A stretch of DNA of 64,000 nt from Terrimicrobiaceae bacterium. GTDB lineage: Bacteria; Verrucomicrobiota; Verrucomicrobiia; Chthoniobacterales; Terrimicrobiaceae. Both the position numbers and the translations under genes were made by a program. Location: contig JBGSVZ010000027.1 of assembly GCA_041752695.1 (NCBI GenBank), positions 32,001-96,000 of the forward strand. Reading direction: 5' to 3'. This document shows, in pieces, positions 53,371-63,342 of the stretch; the stretch's first letter is position 1, and each line of letters begins with the position of its first letter. The notes beneath the pieces are model-generated. The model ran no database searches and was not told the origin of the DNA. It worked only from the letters and a program-made list of their open reading frames with translations.

Positions 53371-54018
53371 ATGCCGGATACTTGTCATAACGCCGGAACC
53401 CCCATCATGCTCGAAACCCAACTCCGTTCCCATGGGATCCACTCAGAAAGCGTGCTGGCGGCTCTGAATCTCGTCCCGCGTGAGGAGTTTATTCCCCTCG
53501 AAAGTCGTGACCGGGCGTATGAGGATGGATCGCTCCCGATTGGACACGGCCAGACGATTTCGCAGCCTTACATCGTGGCCCTGATGACCGAACAGCTCGA
53601 ACCGGCCCCTCATCAGAAGGTGCTCGAAGTGGGTACGGGTTCTGGATACCAGACCGCCGTTTTGAGCAGTTTAGTGCGCGAGATCTATTCGGTGGAAATC
53701 GTCGAGCCCCTCGCCCGACAGGCCGCCACCGTGTTGGCGAGGTTGGGTTTCACCAATATCCATCTCCGATTAGGGGATGGATATCTGGGCTGGCCCGATG
53801 CGGCACCGTTTGACACTATCATTGTGACCTGTGCTCCGGACCATGTGCCGCAACCGCTGGTGGATCAACTTTCGGACGGAGGCCATCTGGTGATTCCGGT
53901 CGGGGAACCGGGCGGGATCCAGAAACTGATTCGGTTGACCAAAACCGGCGATGGTCTCCGTCGGGACGATCTGCTAGACGTCCGGTTCGTGCCGTTGGTC
54001 CGGCATGAGGGAAACTGA
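53371..54018 (+). CDS. pcm: protein-L-isoaspartate O-methyltransferase
   Basis: GQTISQPY, VLEVGTGSGYQ, GDG..G..APFD, VRFVPL. Confidence 0.94.
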   Translation: MPDTCHNAGTPIMLETQLRSHGIHSESVLAALNLVPREEFIPLESRDRAYEDGSLPIGHGQTISQPYIVALMTEQLEPAPHQKVLEVGTGSGYQTAVLSSLVREIYSVEIVEPLARQAATVLARLGFTNIHLRLGDGYLGWPDAAPFDTIIVTCAPDHVPQPLVDQLSDGGHLVIPVGEPGGIQKLIRLTKTGDGLRRDDLLDVRFVPLVRHEGN

Positions 54019-54831
54019 TTGACGGGAGGATGGTCGAACGGTAGGCCATCGCGCGTGAAGGGGAGGCTATTTCTTGATCGACCGCGAGCCCCGGCTCCAC
54101 GCTGGGCCAAGGTAGCGACGTTCACCCTTCTCCTCCTGCTCCTCTCCTTGATCTGCACCGGCGTGCTTTTGGGAAGCGGCCGGCAGTGGCAGGCGGTGTG
54201 GGGGTATCGGCAGGCGTTCTGGAATGGCTGGCTGCTCACCGTGGGCCTGTCGATCCTGGCTTTGGTCGGAAGCACGGTCATCGGTGTGCTGGCGGCCCTG
54301 GCAAAAAGATCAGAAATCCTTGTAATCCGTTATCTATCAACGCTTTACGTAGAGTTTGTTCGCGGCACTCCGTTTTTGGTCCTCATATTGTTGCTCTGGT
54401 TTGGGATGCCCCAAATCACGCAGCAAGCCAGCCGTCTTTTGGTGGGTGTGCTTGCGTTGTCCCTGTTTGCGGGAGCCTATATTGCGGAAATGGTTCGAGC
54501 CGGGATCGAAAGTGTCGGCGCTTCTCAACGCGAGAGTGCCCGGGCCATCGGGCTGACTTCGCTCCAGACCTACCGGTATGTCATTTTTCCCCAGGCCCTC
54601 CGTCACATTCTGCCGCCGCTCGCCGGACAGTTCGCTTCCTTAATCAAGGATTCGTCCCTTCTTTTTGTCATTGGCCTGCCCGAGGTGACGTATACCGCCC
54701 AGCAAATCAACTCGGCCACCTACAGCACGTTGGAAAGTTTTCTCCCCCTCGCGCTGGCTTATCTTGTCCTGACCATTCCCATCTCCCTAGCCTCTAAGGT
54801 TCTGGAGAGTCGTTTTCGGTTTGAAACGTAA
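54019..54831 (+). CDS. amino acid ABC transporter permease
   Basis: YVEFVRGTP, AYIAEMVRAGI, LIKDSSL; start uncertain. Confidence 0.9.
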   Translation: MTGGWSNGRPSRVKGRLFLDRPRAPAPRWAKVATFTLLLLLLSLICTGVLLGSGRQWQAVWGYRQAFWNGWLLTVGLSILALVGSTVIGVLAALAKRSEILVIRYLSTLYVEFVRGTPFLVLILLLWFGMPQITQQASRLLVGVLALSLFAGAYIAEMVRAGIESVGASQRESARAIGLTSLQTYRYVIFPQALRHILPPLAGQFASLIKDSSLLFVIGLPEVTYTAQQINSATYSTLESFLPLALAYLVLTIPISLASKVLESRFRFET

Positions 54832-54849
54832 AGGAGGAAGCTTGCTCTC

Positions 54850-55575
54850 ATGACCATCGACTGTTCCGGCCTTGCCAAATCCTTCGGCGCTCATCACGCG
54901 CTCAAGGATGCCACATTTCGCACGACCTTCGATCACACCCTCGCACTCATCGGTCCGTCGGGAGGCGGAAAATCCACCCTCATGCGGATTCTTGCTGGCT
55001 TGGAATTCCCCGATGCCGGAAGCGTCACGGTCAACGGGAAGCCGATCGAATACACCGAGGAAAAACTTGCCGTCTATCGCCGCCGCATCGGCGTGGTTTT
55101 TCAATCCTTCAATCTCTTTCCGCATCTCACCGCGCGGCAAAACCTCCTTCTCCCGCTGGAAAACGTTCACCATTTTTCCGACGCCGCATCGCGCGCAGAT
55201 CAAGCGTTGGAGCGGTTCCGGCTCACTCCGCACGCGGAAAAAAAGCCCTCCCAATTAAGCGGGGGCCAGCGTCAGCGTGTCGCCATCGCGCGAGCGCTGG
55301 CGATTGATCCGGAGTTTCTGCTGATGGATGAACCGACCTCTGCGCTTGATCCTGAAATGACGGCCGAAGTGCTCGACGTGATCGCCGATCTCCGCGAGGC
55401 CGGTCAGCCGCTCGTGCTCGTGACGCATGAAATGGGCTTCGCGCGAAAGACGGCGGATGTCGTGGCTTTTGTGGCCGAGGGCGCGGTCGCCGAATGCCGT
55501 CCCGCGGAGGATTTTTTCGACCGGCCGGAAACGCCCGGGGCCCGGCGGTTTTTGGAACGGATATTGAAGTATTGA
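54850..55575 (+). CDS. amino acid ABC transporter ATPase
   Basis: GPSGGGKST, LSGGQRQR, MDEPTSALDPE, VTHEMGFA. Confidence 0.93.
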   Translation: MTIDCSGLAKSFGAHHALKDATFRTTFDHTLALIGPSGGGKSTLMRILAGLEFPDAGSVTVNGKPIEYTEEKLAVYRRRIGVVFQSFNLFPHLTARQNLLLPLENVHHFSDAASRADQALERFRLTPHAEKKPSQLSGGQRQRVAIARALAIDPEFLLMDEPTSALDPEMTAEVLDVIADLREAGQPLVLVTHEMGFARKTADVVAFVAEGAVAECRPAEDFFDRPETPGARRFLERILKY

Positions 55576-55609
55576 GTGTGGAGGGTTGCAGGCCCTTGCA
55601 GCCCAGGTC

Positions 55610-57301
55610 TTACTCCTGTTCCTTCAGCGCCTGCTGGATGGCCAAGCTGATGGAATCGGCCACCAGACTCGTCTTGTCGTAGTTGCCGGAGTTGTGATTG
55701 TTACAGAGCACCACCACACCCAGCTTGGCGGCGGGAACGAGCGTGATGAAGCTGCCAAAACCGGAAAGTCCGCCGTCCTTGAAAATCTTCAGATTGTAGC
55801 CGGGCGGGATTTCCTGCGTGGAAACATCCCAGGCCATCCCGGCAAAATTGGTGGCGTTCCCCGCCGCCTCCTGAACAAGCGGAAGGATGGCGTAACGTGC
55901 TCCGAGGGAAAGTTCCGTGGGGACGGGATGACCGTCAATTTCGGGGTAGCCCAGATACAACTGACAGAGCCGGATGAGATCGCTCACGGAGGATTTGATC
56001 GCGCCCGCCGCGGCCCACACCGGGACGACGTTCGCAATGTTGGCTCCGGGCGCGATCCTCACCACCGGAGGCGCAAAATAGCCGCTGCCAGGATTTGTGA
56101 CCACGGCTCCGATCAACTCCCCGCCTGATAGGATCGCCTCCGCCGCCGCGCCGCTCCCGGCCCCCGCGGAAAATTGCAGGGTGGTGTTCGGACCGTAATT
56201 ACTGCCGCCGTTGAGCACTTGGACGCCCGCCAATTTCCCGTCGATGATGATAGCCTCCGCCTCCGCCTTTTTGCCGGCACCAATCACATTGACGCTTGGG
56301 GCCGCGCGATAGCCGGAGCCCGGGTTGGTCACGACAATATTTTTCACCGTCATGCGCGGTGCCGTGCCGGACATCACCGCCCGCGCTGTCGCTCCGCTGC
56401 CGCCGGGCTGCTCGATGGTCACCGTGGGTGCCGCAGAATAATAGCCGCCTCCATCCACGACGTTGATTTGCGCGATCCGTCGGGAATTAACGACCGCTTT
56501 GGCTGTGGCCTGTTCGTAGCCGCGCACGACGCGGAGCGCCTGCGCAAGGTCAGGCTCGAAAACATAGGTATTAGTCATACCGAGCGGATCGACGATGTGG
56601 TCGAGAATAGCCGTTCCCCAGCGCTGCACCGCATCCGCCGGGAGCGCCGCGTCGAGATTGTTTGTCACTAAGAGCCCGAGAAGGCCCGTGCTGAAATCCG
56701 AATATTTGTAGGGGGCGGGCAACGCTGTCGGGACGATGGGTTTTTTGGTGTAGTCCTTCGGGACGAAAGTGGAAATCGCCGCGACGAAGTCGGCCACGCC
56801 CCATTCGAGGTAGGACGGCCGTTCGTTTTGGATCGGATTATATTCGCCGGGAAAGCCTGCGGTGAAGCTGGCAAGTTCGCCAATGGTCGCGGGTTTCATG
56901 GCGGACTGGAGATTGGGCAATGGGCCGCTCAGGCTGCCCAGCGTCGTGTAAAGTCCGATCGGCCGGTTCGTTAGGCTGCCCGTCGCCACGGCCTGTCCGA
57001 CCAGCGCGGTGGTCCAGATTTTGGTCACCGAACCGATCTCAAAAATGGAATGTTCGTTCACCGCGTTGCCCGGTGACGAATCGCCGTAGCTCCGGGAGCC
57101 AAAGGATTTGTAGAAGACGTGGCCGTTTAGCGTGACCGCCACCGACAGGCCACTCGCCTCGCCCTTCCGGTAGAAATTCCCGGCGTAGGTTTCGACGATT
57201 TTGTCCAGCGTCGTGGGGGGAAGGTCACCCGATCCGGCTAACACCGGAACCGCCATTAGCCAACCCAACAAACCAGCCGCCCCAATCCACGAACCACGCA
57301 T
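55610..57301 (-). CDS. class C beta-lactamase-fold serine hydrolase with repeat insertion
   Basis: Signal peptide, FEIGSVTK, YKYSD, FKDGG; four GxGY..P.V repeats inside. Confidence 0.8.
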   Translation of the reverse strand: MRGSWIGAAGLLGWLMAVPVLAGSGDLPPTTLDKIVETYAGNFYRKGEASGLSVAVTLNGHVFYKSFGSRSYGDSSPGNAVNEHSIFEIGSVTKIWTTALVGQAVATGSLTNRPIGLYTTLGSLSGPLPNLQSAMKPATIGELASFTAGFPGEYNPIQNERPSYLEWGVADFVAAISTFVPKDYTKKPIVPTALPAPYKYSDFSTGLLGLLVTNNLDAALPADAVQRWGTAILDHIVDPLGMTNTYVFEPDLAQALRVVRGYEQATAKAVVNSRRIAQINVVDGGGYYSAAPTVTIEQPGGSGATARAVMSGTAPRMTVKNIVVTNPGSGYRAAPSVNVIGAGKKAEAEAIIIDGKLAGVQVLNGGSNYGPNTTLQFSAGAGSGAAAEAILSGGELIGAVVTNPGSGYFAPPVVRIAPGANIANVVPVWAAAGAIKSSVSDLIRLCQLYLGYPEIDGHPVPTELSLGARYAILPLVQEAAGNATNFAGMAWDVSTQEIPPGYNLKIFKDGGLSGFGSFITLVPAAKLGVVVLCNNHNSGNYDKTSLVADSISLAIQQALKEQE

Positions 57302-57357
57302 CGCGGGAATGTTTCACATCCATCGCCTCTCCGCCAGTGGGGAAAAGTCGTGATCGT

Positions 57358-60300
57358 TCAGTGAAACTTCTGGAACGCTGCGAGAGTGACGTCGTTCTTC
57401 TTGCACCACTCGATGGCGCGGCGGTCGCCGCCCTTGGCCGCTTTGATATACCATTCTTTGGCGGCGGTTCCGTCCTTGGCGACTCCCACCCCGCCTTCCA
57501 AGCACATGGCAAAATAGAACATACAGGACGGGTTGCCTTTTTCCGCGCCATCCTTGAAGAGCGAGGCGGCCTTCTTCTCGTCTTTGGCAACGCCCTGACC
57601 ATTGATGTAAAGTACGCCAAGGTTCCCTTGGGCATCGAGAAACCCGAGCTCCGTTGCCCGGGAAAAAAGTCGGAAGGATTCGGCATAATTGGGCTCCATC
57701 AATCCCGGCACGCCCTTCCGGTAGACATTTCCGAGTAGGTCCAGGGCACGGACGTTGTTCAGGACGGATGCGGCATTGAGAAGGTCGATCGCCCGTTTGG
57801 GATCCTTATCGACCCCTTTGCCGAAGAGATAACACTCGCCAAGGGCAAACATCCCATCCGTGTCGCCGCCGTCGGAAGCTTTGGTAAACCAATTTACGGC
57901 CGCCGGAAGGTCGGGGGCGGAAGACCCGCGACCGCTGGCCAGCATCTTTCCGGCGGTCACCATGGCCTCGGTCTGTCCCTGATTGGCCGCGGCCAAAAAC
58001 CATTTCAACGCATCGCCCGGATCCGTTTCCAGCAGGCTCTCGCCGAGCATCATCTGCGCGGAGCGTGTGTTGAGCGAGGCCGCGCGTTCGAGGGGCTGTC
58101 GGAGCGCGGCAATCTCGCCGGGGGACATTTTGTCGGAGCGCGCCTGCACGCTCGCCGCGATGTTTTCCATCGCGATGTAGGCTTCTTTTTGGTCCGGATA
58201 TTTGGCGGCGATGGTGGCGAACAGTTCCAAGGCGCCCGCGATATTATCCTGCATCTGCAAACCTTTCGCGGAGGCAATCAGCTCGTCGTAGTCGCTTTTT
58301 CGCGGGACCACCTTAACCGTCGGCTCGGGGGTGGGCTCGGGGTTGGGTTCTTTGATGGAAGCGACGACCTCGGTCGAATCCGCGGGCTCGGGCGTCGCGG
58401 CGGTCACTTGCGGATCGTCCGTCCCGGTTTTAACAGGGGACTGCATCCTTTGAAAAAAGGCCACGCCCTGCCAGATCGCGATGCCGCCCAGAAGGACAAT
58501 GGCCAGGCCGACGGCGGCCAGAATGACCGGCAGCTTCGACTTCGGCCCGGCGACAGGCGCGATGGTCTGGGGAATCGGGGGCGGTGTTGTCCGTTTCGGC
58601 GGAACCGGAGCGGCGGGGGCCGCAACCCGAGATGGCGTGGCGGCCGTGGTGGCGGCTGGTGTGGCCTCGGCGAGTTGGGCGACAAATTCGCCGACGGTGT
58701 CAAAGCCCTGTGACGGATTCATCGCCTTGCGCAGCGCAGCGTTGCCGCTTTCGGAAAGACCGGGAATCGGCACGTAGCCGCCGATCGAACTCCCGCCGCG
58801 CACGCCGCCCAGCATTTCATAAGCGAGCGTCGCCACGGAAAACACATACGCGCTGGTCGGGTTGCCCGCGAACGCTCCCGTCTGCTTCATCATGGCAAAA
58901 GGCGTCGCCACCATTGTGGCTTCGGCCGAGAGAGGTACGCCTCCGGAAATCGCCAGCGGCAGGAACCGCGGCAGACAACCCGGAGCGATCGCCTTTGCGG
59001 TATCCACGCCAGTCAATACCACTTCGTGCGCGGCGATATCCGGGCAGCTTAGTTGTGCCGCGGCAAGTTCGTCGAAGGCCGCGGCGAGCGGCTTGAGCAG
59101 GTTGACCGCCTCGGCGATCGGCAGCGAGCGACGCGTCCGGAGAAGGTCCAGCAAGACGGGTCCCCCCACCCATTCAAGCGTGAGGAAGCTGCTGGAATGG
59201 GCGCGCTCCAGGGAAAAGATCTTCTGAAACGCCGCGTGCCGGAGAGCCTGCAGCGCCATCACGTCATTCTCCAGTCGCGTAAAGGACTCCGAGCTGGTGA
59301 ACTGGTTTTCGTGAAGGATGAGCACCGCGAGAATCGTTTGATCCTCGATGCGTTCCGCGCGGAACATCCGCCCGTGATCCGAGGCTGTGACCTCGTTGAG
59401 CAAGCGATATTGACCGGCAAAAATCGCACCCGACACCGCCTCGGGTTGGTCGGTGAGCGGCTCGGGCATCACGGTGGTTTCGAACGCGTCGGCCTCGGTG
59501 GGAACGGCCCGCGGAGAAAATTGTGTGCCGGTCTGGACCGCCGCCATGCAGGCGTCAATCTCACGACGGAGTTCTGCCGGGGTTTGCGGGCGGGCTTCGG
59601 GACCCTTGGCCATCATGTGCCGCAGCAGGGTGATTACTTCCGGGGCCTGACCCTCCAGCGATTCAAAAGGAGGTTCACGATGCAGGTGCTGACTCATTAC
59701 CTGCGCGAGCGAACCGCTGAACGGCGTGCGTCCCGCCAGCATGAACCAAAGCGTCACCCCGAGCGAATAGATGTCCGACCGCACATCGATCTCGCGTTCG
59801 TCGAGCTGTTCAGGGCTGGCGAAATGGGGCGTGCCGAGAAATCCGCCCGCGGTGAGCGAGGCGTTGTCCTCGCCGGTGGCGGAACTTTTCGCCAGACCAA
59901 AGTCGATCACCTTCACCGTGAAATCTTCGTCCTCGCGCACGAGCATGAGGTTGGAGGGTTTGATATCGCGATGAACGAGACCCTGCTTTTGCGCGGCGCC
60001 CAGCGCGCGGCTCACCTGGGCAGCGACCTCCAGTGCCATCAACGTCGGCACGGCGCCCTCGCGTTTCATGAAGGCCTCGACGGTCTCGCCATCGACAAAC
60101 TCCATGGCGTAGAAATAATTGTCATCCTCGCTCCCGAGATGGAACACCGTCGCCACATTCGGATGCCGCAACGCCGCCGCCGCCCGCGCCTCGCGCAGGA
60201 ACCGCTGCTGCGCCACCTCGCTGTTGAGGTAGGCTGCGTTGATCACCTTGAGCGCCACGTGGCAGCGCAGGTTGGTGTCGAAGGCTTTGTAGGTAATACC

Positions 60301-60384
60301 CATCGCCCCGCGGCCCAGCTCAAAAAGCGAACCATCGTCCTTTCGCAGAACTTCAAAATGCTGGAACCGTACCTCGTCCGCCAT
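57358..60384 (-). CDS. Ser/Thr kinase - pseudokinase - TM - Sel1 repeat protein
   Basis: LGRGAMG, VALK, HRDIKPSN, DFG, SPEQ; second degenerate kinase-like block; TM; AQGNLG/MFALG Sel1 repeats. Confidence 0.88.
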   Translation of the reverse strand: MADEVRFQHFEVLRKDDGSLFELGRGAMGITYKAFDTNLRCHVALKVINAAYLNSEVAQQRFLREARAAAALRHPNVATVFHLGSEDDNYFYAMEFVDGETVEAFMKREGAVPTLMALEVAAQVSRALGAAQKQGLVHRDIKPSNLMLVREDEDFTVKVIDFGLAKSSATGEDNASLTAGGFLGTPHFASPEQLDEREIDVRSDIYSLGVTLWFMLAGRTPFSGSLAQVMSQHLHREPPFESLEGQAPEVITLLRHMMAKGPEARPQTPAELRREIDACMAAVQTGTQFSPRAVPTEADAFETTVMPEPLTDQPEAVSGAIFAGQYRLLNEVTASDHGRMFRAERIEDQTILAVLILHENQFTSSESFTRLENDVMALQALRHAAFQKIFSLERAHSSSFLTLEWVGGPVLLDLLRTRRSLPIAEAVNLLKPLAAAFDELAAAQLSCPDIAAHEVVLTGVDTAKAIAPGCLPRFLPLAISGGVPLSAEATMVATPFAMMKQTGAFAGNPTSAYVFSVATLAYEMLGGVRGGSSIGGYVPIPGLSESGNAALRKAMNPSQGFDTVGEFVAQLAEATPAATTAATPSRVAAPAAPVPPKRTTPPPIPQTIAPVAGPKSKLPVILAAVGLAIVLLGGIAIWQGVAFFQRMQSPVKTGTDDPQVTAATPEPADSTEVVASIKEPNPEPTPEPTVKVVPRKSDYDELIASAKGLQMQDNIAGALELFATIAAKYPDQKEAYIAMENIAASVQARSDKMSPGEIAALRQPLERAASLNTRSAQMMLGESLLETDPGDALKWFLAAANQGQTEAMVTAGKMLASGRGSSAPDLPAAVNWFTKASDGGDTDGMFALGECYLFGKGVDKDPKRAIDLLNAASVLNNVRALDLLGNVYRKGVPGLMEPNYAESFRLFSRATELGFLDAQGNLGVLYINGQGVAKDEKKAASLFKDGAEKGNPSCMFYFAMCLEGGVGVAKDGTAAKEWYIKAAKGGDRRAIEWCKKNDVTLAAFQKFH

Positions 60385-60533
60385 GTGCCAGTGTGATGTA
60401 TGCGACCGGGGGCAAAATGACAACCCCCGGGGTAGATCAGAAAATCTTCCTCTTCCCCTTACTCTCCTCGAATGAGCGCGGGGTGTAAGGGTAAGTGCAG
60501 GACTACGTGTAGGTGGAGGAGCCGGAAAAGCCC

Positions 60534-61358
60534 ATGAAACCCCCTCCCTGGTGGCAGTGGCCGAACATTCTCAGCCTCGACGCGCCGAGTATCGCGGTGA
60601 TCTGGCAGGAAGCCTTTGCGCGCGCTTTTGGAGCCTCGGTTTCCCCACCGGAACGGGCCGTGCTTTTTCTCGCGGTCTGGTGTGTGTATGCCGCCGACCA
60701 TGTGGCCGACGGACTCCGCCTGGGTGCACCAGCGGACGCCACCGCCCGCCACCGTTTCGCCTATCAACACCGCTTCGTTTTTAGTGGCTTGGTCTTTGTG
60801 GCCGGCCTCAGCGCATTGACTCTCGTTCCTGCACTGCCCCTGCGGGTGACCCTTGGCGGCGCCCTACTCACCGGGATCGTTGGCGTCTATTTTCTCTGGA
60901 ACCATTTCGCCGGGGAAAAACTGGCGCGGCAATGGGCCAAGGAATTTATCATTGGTTTGGTCTTTGCCACAGGCTGTGCGCTTGTGCCCCTCCTCGCCGC
61001 GCCGGAACCGCTGCGGCTTTTCCCCACCGCCCTCTTTGCCTTGGTCTGCATGGCAAACTGCCTCCTTATCGCCCGCCTCGACCGGGACCGCGACATCCGT
61101 CGCGGCGAAAGCTCACTTGCGGTTTGCCTCTCGCCGCGAAGCCGTCCGGCCCGCGTGATCGCTGCCATGGCCGGAATGGCGGCACTGGCCCTCCTCCCGA
61201 TCTGGCCAGCCCTTGCCACCCCGCTTGCTTTAAGTGCGCTCGGCCTTTGGTGCGCTGTCTTCCTCGAACGAAAATTCGGCGCTGATCTTGCCGCGGTCTG
61301 GGCCGACGCCGTGCTGCTGAGCCCTCTCCTGGTCTTCGCGCTGCGCCGTGGAACGTAA
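60534..61358 (+). CDS. membrane protein (UbiA-like motifs)
   Basis: Multiple TM segments, YAADHVADG, DRDRDIRRG. Confidence 0.65.
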   Translation: MKPPPWWQWPNILSLDAPSIAVIWQEAFARAFGASVSPPERAVLFLAVWCVYAADHVADGLRLGAPADATARHRFAYQHRFVFSGLVFVAGLSALTLVPALPLRVTLGGALLTGIVGVYFLWNHFAGEKLARQWAKEFIIGLVFATGCALVPLLAAPEPLRLFPTALFALVCMANCLLIARLDRDRDIRRGESSLAVCLSPRSRPARVIAAMAGMAALALLPIWPALATPLALSALGLWCAVFLERKFGADLAAVWADAVLLSPLLVFALRRGT

Positions 61359-61414
61359 AGCCCACCCTCACTCCGAACTTGCGCCGCCCGCCTTGGACTG
61401 TTACGCGCCAAAGG

Positions 61415-61855
61415 GTGAAAATTTTCTCCCTCCTTGCCTTAGCCTGTATCCTACTTTCCGGCTGCGCCACGACTCCCGTCGCCAAGACCGGCACCACCAC
61501 TGCCGTCAATTCCAATCCCTACGCCATCGTGAGCTCCGCCCAATCGGTCTTCGCCAACAGCGGCTACTCGGCGGGGCCAACGGATTTTCCGAACTCCGTT
61601 TCCTTTGACAAACCCTCGGGCGCCCTCGGCAAAATCATGTACGGCAGCTACGACCAGACCACGACGACGCGCTGCACCATGACGATCACGCAGATCCCCG
61701 GCACCAGCGATTACCGGCTTGGCGCTCGGGCCTCAACGGTGCAGGACGCTGGCGAGGCCGGGTTTGAAAGCGGCCGGCCGATCGTGTTCGACGACCAGTT
61801 TAACCCCCTCCTCCGGCAGATCGCCGCCCAGGCGAGCAATGCGGGGCCGATGTAG
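61415..61855 (+). CDS. hypothetical lipoprotein
   Basis: GTG start, LSGC lipobox. Confidence 0.65.
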   Translation: MKIFSLLALACILLSGCATTPVAKTGTTTAVNSNPYAIVSSAQSVFANSGYSAGPTDFPNSVSFDKPSGALGKIMYGSYDQTTTTRCTMTITQIPGTSDYRLGARASTVQDAGEAGFESGRPIVFDDQFNPLLRQIAAQASNAGPM

Positions 61856-62063
61856 GAAGATGGATCTACAGAAGGTCACGAAGGAAACTAAGAGGAGGGA
61901 AAATCGTCCACCCTCAACATCCATGATGACCCGGCGGCGCTGAAGGTTCTCCAAGACGATATCCAACATGAAAAGAATGTTCTGCAAAACTGGTGGGTCC
62001 GGCTTGGCACCACGGCCGGCCTGAGAGACGCTCTCGCCGTGTGAACCACCCACAGCCCCGGCG

Positions 62064-63158
62064 ATGAATTTTGACCCTGCCAGCCCTTACGACGCGCTGC
62101 CGCTCTTGCCGCCCGACATGGACACGGAAACGGCCCCTGTCCTCAAGCAGTGCCTCAGGGCCACTCGCGCGCTGGCCGAACTCAAAGGCGCGGGAGGCCT
62201 CATTCCGGACCAGGCGATATTGATCAACGCCGTTCCCTTGCAGGAAGCGCAGGCCAGTTCCGAGATTGAAAACATCTTCACCACCCAGGATTCCCTCTTC
62301 CGCGCCGCGATTGATGAATCCAAGCCGGCGGACCCGCAGACCAAGGAGGTCTTGCGTTACCGCACGGCCCTTCGCCACGGCTACGAATCCCTGAAGGACC
62401 GCCGATTTTCCATCGGCCTGCTCCAGGATGTCTGCTCGACCTTGCGGGACGAAGCCGTCGATTTCCGCCGACCGGGCGAAGATGTCTATATCGGAAATCC
62501 CGAGGCCAAAACAAAACGCTACACCCCGCCACGCGGCGGACCGGTCGTCCGCGAAAAGCTGGCCAACCTTGAGGCCTACCTGCTCGCCGAGGAGGGTCCC
62601 GACCCGCTCATTCGCATGGCCGTCGCCCACTATCAGTTTGAAGCCATCCACCCGTTCACCGATGGAAACGGCCGCACCGGGCGCATTCTCAACATTCTCT
62701 ATCTCATCCAAGCGGGCCTGCTCGACATCCCGGTCCTCTACCTGAGCCGCTACCTTATCCAACACAAGGCGGAGTATTACCGCACACTCCAACAGGTGAC
62801 CGCCGGGCAAGCGTGGGAGGCCTGGATCCGTTTCATGCTGCAAGGCGTCGAAGAAACCGCCCGCTGGACCACGGACATGATCCGCTCCATCCGCGCACTT
62901 CTCGACGATACCATCCAGCGCGCCCGCCGCGATGCGCCCACCGTTTCCCACACCAAGGAACTCATCGAGCTCCTCTTCCGTCAGCCGTATTGCAAAATCG
63001 CCTTCGTGGTTGAAGCGGGTATTGCCAAACGCCAGACCGCCGCCGCCTATCTACAGGCCTTGGAAGACGCGGGCATTATCACCAGCGAAACCGTTGGACG
63101 CGAACGCCTCTTCCTCAATCCCGCCCTCCTGGAGCTGCTCAAGACTGGGAAATTATAG
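62064..63158 (+). CDS. Fic-family protein adenylyltransferase (class II) with C-terminal HTH-like region
   Basis: SSEIEN inhibitory motif, HPFTDGNGRTGR, KRQTAAAYLQALE. Confidence 0.92.
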   Translation: MNFDPASPYDALPLLPPDMDTETAPVLKQCLRATRALAELKGAGGLIPDQAILINAVPLQEAQASSEIENIFTTQDSLFRAAIDESKPADPQTKEVLRYRTALRHGYESLKDRRFSIGLLQDVCSTLRDEAVDFRRPGEDVYIGNPEAKTKRYTPPRGGPVVREKLANLEAYLLAEEGPDPLIRMAVAHYQFEAIHPFTDGNGRTGRILNILYLIQAGLLDIPVLYLSRYLIQHKAEYYRTLQQVTAGQAWEAWIRFMLQGVEETARWTTDMIRSIRALLDDTIQRARRDAPTVSHTKELIELLFRQPYCKIAFVVEAGIAKRQTAAAYLQALEDAGIITSETVGRERLFLNPALLELLKTGKL

Positions 63159-63190
63159 CCGGTCCTGTCGGAGTTGCGCCAAATGCAATG

Positions 63191-63317
63191 TGTCGATTTT
63201 TAATGAAGAAATCGACATGATTTTCGAACGTGTCGAACGAATCGACCGGTCCCCACCTTTTGTCGATTTTCGTCCCACCTTTCGACATGTCACCAAAACG
63301 TGTGGATTTGATCGACC
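63191..63317. repeat. 70-bp-period motif array
   Basis: TGTCGATTTT at 63191/63261, TCGACATG at 63212/63282, AACGTGT at 63227/63297, ATCGACC at 63241/63311. Confidence 0.75.
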
Positions 63318-63342
63318 CATCGGCGGGAAAATTCCTCGCGAG

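Noticed and set aside
55610..57301. Bona fide antibiotic-resistance AmpC
   Set aside because: YxN and KTG motifs altered and a large insert present; activity cannot be inferred
63191..63317. CRISPR array
   Set aside because: Only two mosaic units, no contiguous identical repeat and no cas genes
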